64,000 nucleotides of DNA from positions 1,977 through 65,976 of the forward strand of contig CANRFB010000006.1 in NCBI GenBank assembly GCA_947629785.1. The letters run 5' to 3'. Each line of letters starts with the position of its first letter. Position 1 is the stretch's first letter. Under the pieces are notes generated by a model, which had not been told where the DNA came from, searched no databases, and saw only the letters and a list, made by a program, of their open reading frames with translations. Position numbers and translations under genes: made by a program. Below are positions 9,064 to 17,968 of the stretch, piece by piece. This DNA comes from an uncultured Clostridia bacterium. Its GTDB lineage: Bacteria; Bacillota; Clostridia; Oscillospirales; Ruminococcaceae.

Positions 9064-9096
9064 AAACAAAACGGCTCTCGGAAACCGAGAGCCGTT
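9064..9096 (-). terminator. intrinsic terminator of tuf / str operon
   Basis: 12-bp stem AACGGCTCTCGG / CCGAGAGCCGTT with a T-run on the minus strand. Confidence 0.75.
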
Positions 9097-9119
9097 GATT
9101 GCAAATTATAGCGATTCAA

Positions 9120-10322
9120 TTATTCATTGATAGCTGTAACAACGCCTGAACCTACTGTACGTCCGCCTTCACGGATAGCGAAACGGAGTCCTTCTTCGAT
9201 AGCGATAGGAGTGATAAGTTCAACGTCCATTGTTACGTTATCGCCGGGCATACACATTTCCTTGTCAGCAGGAAGTGTGATAACGCCTGTAACGTCTGTT
9301 GTTCTGAAATAGAACTGAGGTCTGTAGTTGTTAAAGAAAGGAGTATGACGTCCGCCTTCTTCTTTCTTCAGAACGTAAACCTGTCCCTTGAACTTGGTAT
9401 GGGGGTGGATAGAACCGGGCTTACAAAGAACCTGACCTCTTTCGATATCTGTTCTCTGGATACCACGGAGGAGAGCACCGATGTTATCGCCTGCTTCTGC
9501 ATAGTCGAGGATCTTTCTGAACATTTCGATACCGGTAACAACTGTCTTATCCTTTTCATCTTTAAGACCAACGATCTCAACTTCATCGCCTGTCTTGAGC
9601 TGACCTCTTTCAACTCTGCCTGTAGCAACAGTACCACGGCCTGTGATGGTGAATACGTCCTCAACAGGCATAAGGAAAGGAAGATCGGACTTTCTGTCAG
9701 GAGTAGGAATGTACTCGTCAACAGCGTCCATCAGCTTCTTGATGCACTCATACTCGGGAGCGTTAGGATCTGTAGAAGAAGAATCGAGAGCCTTGAAAGC
9801 AGAACCGATGATGATAGGAGTATCATCGCCGGGGAACTCATACTTGTCAAGAGTTTCACGGATATCCATTTCAACCAGTTCAAGAAGCTCAGGATCGTCA
9901 ACCTGATCGGACTTGTTCATGAATACTACGATGTAAGGAACGCCAACCTGACGAGCAAGCAGCAGGTGTTCCTTGGTCTGAGCCATAGGTCCGTCTGTTG
10001 CAGCAACAACGAGGATAGCACCGTCCATCTGAGCAGCACCGGTGATCATGTTCTTAACATAGTCAGCGTGACCCGGGCAGTCAACGTGAGCATAGTGACG
10101 CTTGTCTGTCTCATACTCAACGTGAGCGGTATTGATTGTGATACCTCTTTCTCTCTCTTCGGGAGCCTTGTCGATGTTTGCATAATCCTCAAACTGAGCC
10201 TGACCCTTCAGGGAGAGGTACTTTGTGATAGCAGCTGTAAGAGTAGTCTTACCGTGGTCAACGTGACCGATAGTACCAATATTAACGTGGGGTTTTGTTC
10301 TTTCAAATTTAGCCTTTGCCAT
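9120..10322 (-). CDS. tuf: translation elongation factor Tu
   Basis: [45 protein letters not shown]. 400 aa. Confidence 0.97.
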   Translation of the reverse strand: MAKAKFERTKPHVNIGTIGHVDHGKTTLTAAITKYLSLKGQAQFEDYANIDKAPEERERGITINTAHVEYETDKRHYAHVDCPGHADYVKNMITGAAQMDGAILVVAATDGPMAQTKEHLLLARQVGVPYIVVFMNKSDQVDDPELLELVEMDIRETLDKYEFPGDDTPIIIGSAFKALDSSSTDPNAPEYECIKKLMDAVDEYIPTPDRKSDLPFLMPVEDVFTITGRGTVATGRVERGQLKTGDEVEIVGLKDEKDKTVVTGIEMFRKILDYAEAGDNIGALLRGIQRTDIERGQVLCKPGSIHPHTKFKGQVYVLKKEEGGRHTPFFNNYRPQFYFRTTDVTGVITLPADKEMCMPGDNVTMDVELITPIAIEEGLRFAIREGGRTVGSGVVTAINE

Positions 10323-10433
10323 TGGAATTTTCCTCCTTTAATTATAATGGAATACTTACATTCATTATTTTATCAGATTTGATAAAAAATTGCAAGTGTT
10401 TTCTTAAAATTTTATAAAATTTTCTCCGAAATT

Positions 10434-12518
10434 TTATTCAGTGCCCTTGTTTCTTGCGGACATGATCTTTTCGGCTATAGACTTAGGAACTTCAATATAG
10501 CTGTGAGGTTCCATTGTATACTGACCGCGTCCCTGTGTCTTGGAACGGAGATCGTTTGAGTAGCCGAACATTTCGGAAAGCGGAACGAGAGCGTCTACCT
10601 GAGCTGTTCCGTTGTTTGTCTCCTGACCGAGGATCTGACCACGGCGGGAGTTAAGGTCGCCGATAACTGTTCCCATGAAATCTTCGGGAACTATTGCGGA
10701 AACCTTCATGATAGGTTCAAGAATGCAGGGATCAGCTTTCTTCATGGCTTCCTTGAACGCCATAGAACCGGCGATGGAGAATGCCATTTCGGAGGAGTCG
10801 ACTTCGTGGTAAGAACCGTCATAAAGTTTTACCTTGACGTCAACTACCTGATAGCCTGCCAGAACGCCTGCCTTCATAGCGCCCTGAATACCCTTGTCAA
10901 CAGCGGGAATGTATTCCTTGGGAATAGCACCGCCCACAACAGCATTTGTGAACTCATAGCCCTTACCGGACTCGTTAGGCTCAACAATGATCTTAACGTG
11001 ACCGTACTGACCTTTACCACCGGACTGACGTGCATATTTGTGATCAACGTCAGCGGACTTCTTGATAGTCTCTTTATAAGCAACCTGAGGAGCACCAACG
11101 TTAGCTTCTACCTTGAATTCTCTCAGCAGACGGTCAACGATGATGTCCAGATGAAGTTCACCCATACCTGCAATAATAGTCTGACCTGTTTCCTCGTCTG
11201 TCCATGTTCTGAATGTGGGATCCTCCTCGGCAAGCTTGGAAAGACCGATACCCATTTTTTCCTGACCTGCTTTTGTCTTAGGCTCGATAGCAAGCTGAAT
11301 AACAGGCTCGGGGAATTCCATGGATTCGAGAATGATAGGTGCTTTGGGATCGCAGAGCGTATCGCCTGTTGTTGTGTTCTTCAGACCAACGCAAGCGGCA
11401 ATATCTCCCGAATAGCAAGTCTCAATATCCTTTCTGTGGTTTGAGTGCATCTGGAGAATACGTCCCATTCTTTCGCTTCCGTCCTTTGTAGCGTTGAGAA
11501 CGGTAGCACCCGCGTCAACAGTACCGGAATATACTCTGAAATAGCAGAGCTTTCCGACAAACGGGTCTGTAGCGATCTTGAATGCAAGAGCCGCAAAAGG
11601 TTCTTTATCGGAAGAAGGTCTTTCCTCTTCCTCGCCTGTATCGGGATTAACGCCCTTGATAGCAGGAACGTCAAGCGGAGACGGCATATAGTCAACGATA
11701 GCGTCAAGAAGTTTCTGAACGCCCTTGTTCTTATAAGAAGTTCCGCAGGTAACGGGAACCATTTCGTTGGCTATTGTAGCCTTACGGATACACTTCTTTA
11801 TTTCCTCAACGGAAAGAGTTTCTCCGCCCAGATATTTCTCCATGATCTCGTCGTCCTGTTCGGCGACTGCTTCAAGGAGTTTCTCGTGATATTCGTTAGC
11901 TTGGTCAACCATATCCTCGGGAATTTCTTCAACGCGGATATCCTTTCCAAGATCATCATAGTAAACGTAAGCCTTCATCTCAACAAGGTCTATGATACCC
12001 TTGAAAGATTCTTCAGAACCGATAGGGAGCTGAATGGGAACGGCATTACATTTAAGTCTGTCAAGCATCATGTCTACAACATGATAGAAATTGGCACCCA
12101 TAATGTCCATCTTATTTACATAAGCCATACGGGGAACCATATATTTGTTAGCCTGACGCCAAACGGTTTCAGACTGAGGCTCGACACCGCCCTTGGCACA
12201 GAAAACAGTTACAGAGCCGTCAAGAACTCTAAGTGAACGCTCAACCTCAACTGTAAAGTCAACGTGGCCCGGAGTGTCAATTATATTGATCCTATGACCC
12301 GCCCAGTGCGCGGTAGTAGCAGCGGAAGTGATTGTAATACCTCTCTCCTGCTCCTGCGCCATCCAGTCCATTGTCGCGGCACCTTCGTGAGTTTCGCCCA
12401 TTTTATGGTTTACACCGGTGTAAAACAGGATACGCTCGGTCGTGGTGGTTTTTCCGGCGTCAATGTGAGCCATTATACCAATATTTCTGGTTTGTTCAAG
12501 TGAACAATCTCTTGGCAT
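10434..12518 (-). CDS. fusA: translation elongation factor G
   Basis: [37 protein letters not shown]. The start is placed at ATG 12518 (MPRD...), 7 nt after GGAGG. The listed ORF start 12536 is upstream of the RBS. Confidence 0.95.
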   Translation of the reverse strand: MPRDCSLEQTRNIGIMAHIDAGKTTTTERILFYTGVNHKMGETHEGAATMDWMAQEQERGITITSAATTAHWAGHRINIIDTPGHVDFTVEVERSLRVLDGSVTVFCAKGGVEPQSETVWRQANKYMVPRMAYVNKMDIMGANFYHVVDMMLDRLKCNAVPIQLPIGSEESFKGIIDLVEMKAYVYYDDLGKDIRVEEIPEDMVDQANEYHEKLLEAVAEQDDEIMEKYLGGETLSVEEIKKCIRKATIANEMVPVTCGTSYKNKGVQKLLDAIVDYMPSPLDVPAIKGVNPDTGEEEERPSSDKEPFAALAFKIATDPFVGKLCYFRVYSGTVDAGATVLNATKDGSERMGRILQMHSNHRKDIETCYSGDIAACVGLKNTTTGDTLCDPKAPIILESMEFPEPVIQLAIEPKTKAGQEKMGIGLSKLAEEDPTFRTWTDEETGQTIIAGMGELHLDIIVDRLLREFKVEANVGAPQVAYKETIKKSADVDHKYARQSGGKGQYGHVKIIVEPNESGKGYEFTNAVVGGAIPKEYIPAVDKGIQGAMKAGVLAGYQVVDVKVKLYDGSYHEVDSSEMAFSIAGSMAFKEAMKKADPCILEPIMKVSAIVPEDFMGTVIGDLNSRRGQILGQETNNGTAQVDALVPLSEMFGYSNDLRSKTQGRGQYTMEPHSYIEVPKSIAEKIMSARNKGTE

Positions 12519-12568
12519 AAATTTTCCTCCAATCAAATTCCCAAAAATCGGGAACTGTCACGCCGCTG

Positions 12569-13147
<579 letters not shown>

Positions 13148-13208
13148 TTACTCCGCACGAATCATGATGCGGTTTAATTGAGTCTGAATAATTTAGGCTA
13201 TGCGGAAA

Positions 13209-13634
13209 TTACTTTGCCGCGCCTGCCTTGGGCTTCTTTGCGCCGTACTTGGAACGAGCCTGATTTCTCTTGGCAACGCCCTGAGCGTCCAGCGTACCTC
13301 TGATGATGTGGTAACGCACACCCGGGAGATCCTTAACACGTCCGCCTCTGATAAGAACAACGGAGTGCTCCTGTAAGTTATGACCGATACCGGGGATATA
13401 AGCGGTAACTTCAGTACCGTTTGTAAGTCTTACTCTGGCAATTTTTCTCATAGCAGAGTTAGGCTTCTTAGGGGTAGCGGTTCTTACAGCAGTACAAACG
13501 CCTCTCTTCTGGGGAGCGCTCTGATCGATAGCTATTTTCTTCTTGGAGTTATAGCCTTTCTGGAGCGCAGGAGCTGTGGATTTCTTTTCCAGAACAGTTC
13601 TTCCCTTGCGTACTAACTGGTTAAAGGTTGGCAT
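13209..13634 (-). CDS. rpsL: 30S ribosomal protein S12
   Basis: [12 protein letters not shown]...[10 protein letters not shown]...VRLTNG...[25 protein letters not shown]. Confidence 0.95.
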   Translation of the reverse strand: MPTFNQLVRKGRTVLEKKSTAPALQKGYNSKKKIAIDQSAPQKRGVCTAVRTATPKKPNSAMRKIARVRLTNGTEVTAYIPGIGHNLQEHSVVLIRGGRVKDLPGVRYHIIRGTLDAQGVAKRNQARSKYGAKKPKAGAAK

Positions 13635-13697
13635 ATTTTCTCTCCTTTCCTGAAATATTATACCCGACTTTCGTGTCAGAAAGCCGCATACTTAATT

Positions 13698-13726
13698 ATT
13701 ATACACGCAAAAGTCCCGTATGTCAA
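13698..13726 (-). promoter_or_regulatory. sigma-A promoter of the str operon
   Basis: Minus strand: TTGACA (13721-13726), 17-nt spacer, TATAAT (13698-13703). Confidence 0.6.
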
Positions 13727-13822
13727 GCATTTCCGCAAATTTTTCCTCAAAAATTTTCAAAAAAGTGCTTTTCACACGGGTTTTAAGAATTATTTAACAT
13801 TATTCAAACGCTATATTCATAT

Positions 13823-14992
13823 TTAGCCGCTGTAATCCGAATTTCTTGAATCGTTGTATATGATTTTCGCGTAGAACTTCCGCTTGTTTTCAAAATTTCT
13901 CTCCAGTGCCGTGAACATTATACCGAGTCCCGCAAAAACCACCGACGAGCCGATTATTATTCCCACTGCTTCGTCATATATCAGAACCACAAAGATAAAT
14001 ATCAGGAACATTACCGCCGCGAAAACAAGGGTAATTTTCGACAGAATGCCGAATATGATATTCCGCTTGTCCGCCGTCAGGAACGCTTTTTCATTGTTTT
14101 TGCGCCAGTTTTCGTATTCTTCCCTGTGGAATTCCGATTCGCTGCCCGAAACAGACTTTTCGGAAGCGTTATCTTTCTTTTCCAGCGCTTTAAGTTCGCC
14201 GTAAAGCGCGTCATCGGCGTTTTTCAGAATACTGCGGCGAATTTCGCAGATGTCGCCGAATATCCTGTCCGCCTCTGCCCTCTCGGAATCGGTCATTTCC
14301 CGAAGCCATACGTGCGCTTCCTGCGAATCCGCTCCGTCTCCGCTGTCGGTAAGACCGTAATATTCCATGCCGCTTATAAGTTTTTCACGGACGTTTCCGG
14401 CAGTTTCGTAGCATTTCATAGCCACGAACGCCGATTCCCTGCTGTTTACGCTTATGACATACTTCATGAACAGAAGAACATCGTCAAGAAGTATCATCAT
14501 GTTATCCATATACGCCGAAGCCGCTTTTTCGTTTTTATGGGAAAGCGCAAATTTCCGCTCATATTCGGAAATATATTCTATAAAATCAAGCATATCCTTA
14601 CATACGGAAAGCACAAGCTTCTCGTCGGCGTTATTTTCGACAGCCGTGCCGAGCATACGCTTTATCTTGCTGAAAAAGTCGCCGCACCTGAGATACACCG
14701 CCGAAGCTTCATACATTAAATACACGCTTGTCAGATTCATTCTGAAAACGGCTTTTCCGTAATGCGGGTCGGCTTCTATCACCGAACAGTAAGCAATATA
14801 CGCTTCGTTGTAGTTCTTTCTGGCAAAATATGTATCCGCCGCAGACATAAGCCGATAAACGGCGGCGTCAGACACGATGTGCCTTTTAGGTCTTGACTTC
14901 TGCGGGTCCCAGCTGTAGCCGCATTTGGGACAGGTATCGCTTTCAATGGCATTCCCGCATTGGGGACAGAACAATGTTTCGCTGTCTGTCAC
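13823..14992 (-). CDS. hypothetical membrane protein with N-terminal zinc ribbon (CPQCG..CPKCG), helical/TPR-like middle and two C-terminal TM helices
   Basis: Long ORF. The start is re-assigned to GTG 14992, 8 nt after AAGGAG (15001-15006). The first 15 codons of the listed ORF coincide with a consensus promoter. Confidence 0.6.
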   Translation of the reverse strand: MTDSETLFCPQCGNAIESDTCPKCGYSWDPQKSRPKRHIVSDAAVYRLMSAADTYFARKNYNEAYIAYCSVIEADPHYGKAVFRMNLTSVYLMYEASAVYLRCGDFFSKIKRMLGTAVENNADEKLVLSVCKDMLDFIEYISEYERKFALSHKNEKAASAYMDNMMILLDDVLLFMKYVISVNSRESAFVAMKCYETAGNVREKLISGMEYYGLTDSGDGADSQEAHVWLREMTDSERAEADRIFGDICEIRRSILKNADDALYGELKALEKKDNASEKSVSGSESEFHREEYENWRKNNEKAFLTADKRNIIFGILSKITLVFAAVMFLIFIFVVLIYDEAVGIIIGSSVVFAGLGIMFTALERNFENKRKFYAKIIYNDSRNSDYSG

Positions 14993-15025
14993 GGCAGATA
15001 CTCCTTTCATTAATAATTTTATACA

Positions 15026-15054
15026 ATTATAACACATTTCCCTGCAAATTTCAA
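15026..15054 (-). promoter_or_regulatory. sigma-A promoter for the zinc-ribbon protein gene
   Basis: Minus strand: TTGAAA (15049-15054), 17 nt, TGT-TATAAT (TATAAT 15026-15031). Confidence 0.55.
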
Positions 15055-15070
15055 TAGTTTTTTCAAAATT

Positions 15071-15658
15071 TCAGCGTACAAATGCAAGAACTATCAATAT
15101 TAACCCGCATAATTTTCCAAGATCCATATCCATAGCAGAAGCCGCCTTTCTTCCCAGAGCCTGCCCTGCCGTTACGGAAACGAGCCCTGCGGCGAATGTC
15201 ATTATCAGCAAAAGCGGCAGTGAAATTTCTCCGAGCCCCGTACTTACGCCCGTAATTGCCGAATCCGCGGACAGCGCCACCGAAAGCGCCGCGGCTTCCT
15301 TTGCGGAAATGCTCTTTGAATTGTCCTTATCGGCAGCCGTTCCGTCAAAGAGCATCATTACGGGGCTGCCGCCGCCCTTTCCGCTGCGTGAAAGGATATT
15401 TTTCAGCCTGTCGCGGAATATATTGAACATTCCCAACCCCGTCAGAAGCAGGAACGAGGCGGCAGAACCCACGGTTTCGGGAATGAAACTCTCAGCCGCG
15501 TCCCCGAACGCCACCGAAACGCCGAGGAACAGCGTTCCCGTAAAGCTTATTATCAAAGCCGAACGCAGAGGAATCTTAATTCCCGAACTGCCCATTCCCA
15601 GAGCCGCCGCAAAACCGTCCATTGAAACAGCCATCACCAGAAGCAGATAACCAAGCAT
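15071..15658 (-). CDS. MntP/YtaF-family membrane protein (sporulation membrane protein YtaF-like or Mn efflux pump)
   Basis: MLGYLLLVMAVSMDGFAAALGMG (DUF204 repeat) and a second repeat ALSADSAITGVSTGLG separated by a hydrophilic loop. The start is uncertain (ATG 15658 or TTG 15682). Confidence 0.7.
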   Translation of the reverse strand: MLGYLLLVMAVSMDGFAAALGMGSSGIKIPLRSALIISFTGTLFLGVSVAFGDAAESFIPETVGSAASFLLLTGLGMFNIFRDRLKNILSRSGKGGGSPVMMLFDGTAADKDNSKSISAKEAAALSVALSADSAITGVSTGLGEISLPLLLIMTFAAGLVSVTAGQALGRKAASAMDMDLGKLCGLILIVLAFVR

Positions 15659-15740
15659 TGTAAAATCATACCTTTTGTACAAAAAATTCCCAGATTGGGG
15701 TAAATTACTAACATTTTATGATAAAATTCTAAAAAGGTGA

Positions 15741-15769
15741 TTGACTAATCAATAAAAATGTGTTATTCT
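15741..15769 (+). promoter_or_regulatory. candidate sigma-A promoter upstream of birA
   Basis: TTGACT (15741-15746), 17 nt, TGT-TATTCT (15764-15769). Confidence 0.45.
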
Positions 15770-15914
15770 AATAATGTGCATTTTGTGTAAGCAATTTCCT
15801 TTTCAAATTTTACCAAAAATGCAGACTACCTTCAAGTTTTTTGGATTTTTACATAGCCACAGAAAAATTATCTACCACATCTATCCTTTAAAAATTAACC
15901 CGGAGGTGTTTGAA

Positions 15915-16883
15915 ATGCCGTTGAAAGAAAGAGTTCTGGCAGTTCTGGAAGAAAATAAGGGAAAAAGCGTTTCGGGAAGTGAAATAGCAAAAAGCGTCGG
16001 CATGACGCGCAGCGCCGTCTGGAAAGCGGTCAAGGCTCTGCGCAGTGAGGGATATTCCATTTATGCCGTTACAAACAGAGGTTATTGCCTGTCGGAAGAA
16101 AATGATTTTCTCAGCGAGCAGTCCATTGTCCCGAATCTGCGCACAAAGGCTCTCGGAAGAAAGCTTGACGTGTTCAAAACGGTAGACTCAACAAACAATT
16201 TTGCAAAAAGCCTTGCCCAACTCGGCGCGGAACACGGAACTACCGTTATTTCTGAAACTCAGACCGAGGGCAAAGGCAGAATGGGAAGAAGTTTCTACGC
16301 TCCCATGGGTGTTGGGATATACATGAGCATAGTTCTCCGCCCCGAATTGTCGGTGGAACATTCCCTGCTGATAACTTCCTGCGCTGCGGTGGCAGTGGCG
16401 GAAGCCATAGAAAAGGTATCGGGGCTTGACTGCAAAATAAAATGGGTAAACGATATTTATTCGGGAAACAAAAAGCTGTGCGGCATTCTCACGGAAGCTT
16501 CCGTAAACGTGGAACAGGGCGGGTTGGAATACGCCATCGTGGGAATAGGCGTAAACGTCCAGAACATTACATTTCCCAAAAATATCTCGGATATAGCAAC
16601 CTCAGTGCGTCTTGAAACGGGAGAGACTGTTTCCAGAAGCGTTCTTGCGGCGGAAATACTCAACTGCTTTGAAGAACGGCTTGAAAATATAAAGGACAAA
16701 AGTTTCCTTGACGAGTACCGCAGGCGTTCAAACCTGATAGGCAAAAAAATAGAAGTCACCAACAATGACGTCACGGAAAAATTTGAGTGTCTCGGCGTGG
16801 ACGAACTGGGACGGCTCTTAGTCCGTTCCGAGGACGGCACGGAAAAAGCCATCATGTCGGGAACTATCCGATTTGCAGAATAA
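15915..16883 (+). CDS. birA: bifunctional biotin--[acetyl-CoA-carboxylase] ligase / biotin operon repressor
   Basis: N-terminal wHTH (SGSEIAKSVGMTRSAVWKAVKALRSEGY). Ligase core TQTEGKGRMGRSF, KWVNDIY. ATG 15915 follows GGAGG. The listed ORF start 15774 is upstream of it. Confidence 0.88.
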   Translation: MPLKERVLAVLEENKGKSVSGSEIAKSVGMTRSAVWKAVKALRSEGYSIYAVTNRGYCLSEENDFLSEQSIVPNLRTKALGRKLDVFKTVDSTNNFAKSLAQLGAEHGTTVISETQTEGKGRMGRSFYAPMGVGIYMSIVLRPELSVEHSLLITSCAAVAVAEAIEKVSGLDCKIKWVNDIYSGNKKLCGILTEASVNVEQGGLEYAIVGIGVNVQNITFPKNISDIATSVRLETGETVSRSVLAAEILNCFEERLENIKDKSFLDEYRRRSNLIGKKIEVTNNDVTEKFECLGVDELGRLLVRSEDGTEKAIMSGTIRFAE

Positions 16884-16892
16884 AAAAAAGCG

Positions 16893-16918
16893 CCCGCCGG
16901 CGGAATTCCGCCGGCGGG
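16893..16918. terminator. GC-rich hairpin between convergent birA and the DUF4830-like gene
   Basis: 11-bp stem CCCGCCGGCGG / CCGCCGGCGGG with loop AATT. An A-run on the plus side gives a T-run for the minus-strand gene. Confidence 0.75.
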
Positions 16919-16924
16919 ATCTTA

Positions 16925-17407
16925 TTACTCCGCCGCAAGAAAGGTCTGTGCGGCGGCTGATATAAGCGGTTCGGTAAACCCATTATCTCCTGTGACGGAT
17001 ATATCTCCGCCGATAAGCTTATCCTCGCAGATTATCATGGTAGCTACCACGTTATCGGGATAGTCGGGGTAGTTCAGGACCTGATATTTTATTATCGTTG
17101 CGTCCTTGCCCATTGATTTTTCGAGGTCAAAGCCCTGTTCCGTCTGTAATGCAGCATATTCCGCATAAACGCCGTCAAATACAGACGGGATAACAACATC
17201 CTCTTTTGAGACAGGGTCGGGTTTCACTATCCAGCCTTGTTTATTTAAAAATTCCACCCGCATGGCATTGTTGGGCATTGTAAACATCTCGTCCGCTTCC
17301 GATTCGTCCTTGGCTTCCGAAAAGAAAATAAGGGCGGCTGCGGCAACCACGGCAAGCACCAGAAACAATATTATTTTAAATCCTTTATTTGATGAACCTT
17401 TGCTCAC
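16925..17407 (-). CDS. membrane-anchored hypothetical protein (DUF4830-like)
   Basis: N-terminal TM (IILFLVLAVVAAAALIFF). FLNKQGWIV...IPSVFDGVYAEYAALQTEQGFDL...IGGDIS resembles DUF4830, recalled from memory. Confidence 0.6.
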   Translation of the reverse strand: MSKGSSNKGFKIILFLVLAVVAAAALIFFSEAKDESEADEMFTMPNNAMRVEFLNKQGWIVKPDPVSKEDVVIPSVFDGVYAEYAALQTEQGFDLEKSMGKDATIIKYQVLNYPDYPDNVVATMIICEDKLIGGDISVTGDNGFTEPLISAAAQTFLAAE

Positions 17408-17592
17408 GTTTAACAGCTCCTTTGCAGCATTTGTTAAATATTATGCGGGCAAGTCCGTAAAAAGTACAAGTTCCGCGGTGTCATAAAAAATTTTTTCGCA
17501 TAATCTATTATAGGGCTTTCAAAGCCGCGGGCAGCAACGCCTTACAAAATATACTATAAGGAGAATATGCCGTTTAACGGCATTATTTTGAT

Positions 17593-17823
17593 ATGGATAG
17601 AACACAGACGCTTCACGGTATGCGCGAGGGCGCTTCCGCAAGGGTAAAAGCGCTTCTCAATGACGGAAGTATGCGGCGCAGGCTTCAGGATATGGGACTT
17701 ATTGAGGGAACTCCCGTGCTTTGCCTGCAAAGAAGTCCTTCCGGCGACCCTATTGCATACCTTATCCGCGGCGCGGTAATCGCGTTACGCGAGGAGGACA
17801 GTTCAAAAATACTTATCGAATGA
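17593..17823 (+). CDS. feoA: FeoA-family protein (no adjacent feoB)
   Basis: 76 aa, LHGMREGASARVKAL...RRRLQDMGLIEGTPV...GDPIAYLIRGAVIALR (SH3-like FeoA pattern). Confidence 0.8.
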   Translation: MDRTQTLHGMREGASARVKALLNDGSMRRRLQDMGLIEGTPVLCLQRSPSGDPIAYLIRGAVIALREEDSSKILIE

Positions 17824-17904
17824 TAAAATCAGCCGACAATGCCGCGCAAAGCGGGAATTTTTCCCTGCTGCGCGGTATTTTTCTTAAAAAAAGCGAAATA
17901 TTTC

Positions 17905-17933
17905 TTGCATTTTTTATTTACATATGTTATAAT
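17905..17933 (+). promoter_or_regulatory. sigma-A promoter of the hybrid kinase operon
   Basis: TTGCAT, 17 nt, TGT-TATAAT (17928-17933). Confidence 0.55.
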
Positions 17934-17968
17934 AAGAGTGATATACCGGACGGAAGGAAGTCACTTTT

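Noticed and set aside
9345-10382. 345-aa plus-strand ORF antisense to tuf. Similar long antisense ORFs lie at 5351..6022, 10806..11444, 11445..12236, 25532..26578, 55522..56883 and 57869..59035.
   Set aside because: Each lies entirely inside a confidently identified, highly conserved gene on the other strand. Their translations are low-complexity and motif-free, and they lack RBSs. These are typical shadow ORFs.
15774-15914. Extended N-terminus of BirA (listed ORF start 15774), and similar upstream starts for fusA (12536), rpsG (13135), relE (3689), the FDP gene (25583), the RR (33844), the ABC ATPase (35664), the permease (36421) and cdd (54559).
   Set aside because: The extensions lack RBSs, overlap promoters or neighbouring genes, and add residues absent from the family N-termini. 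Internal starts with good SD spacing were chosen.
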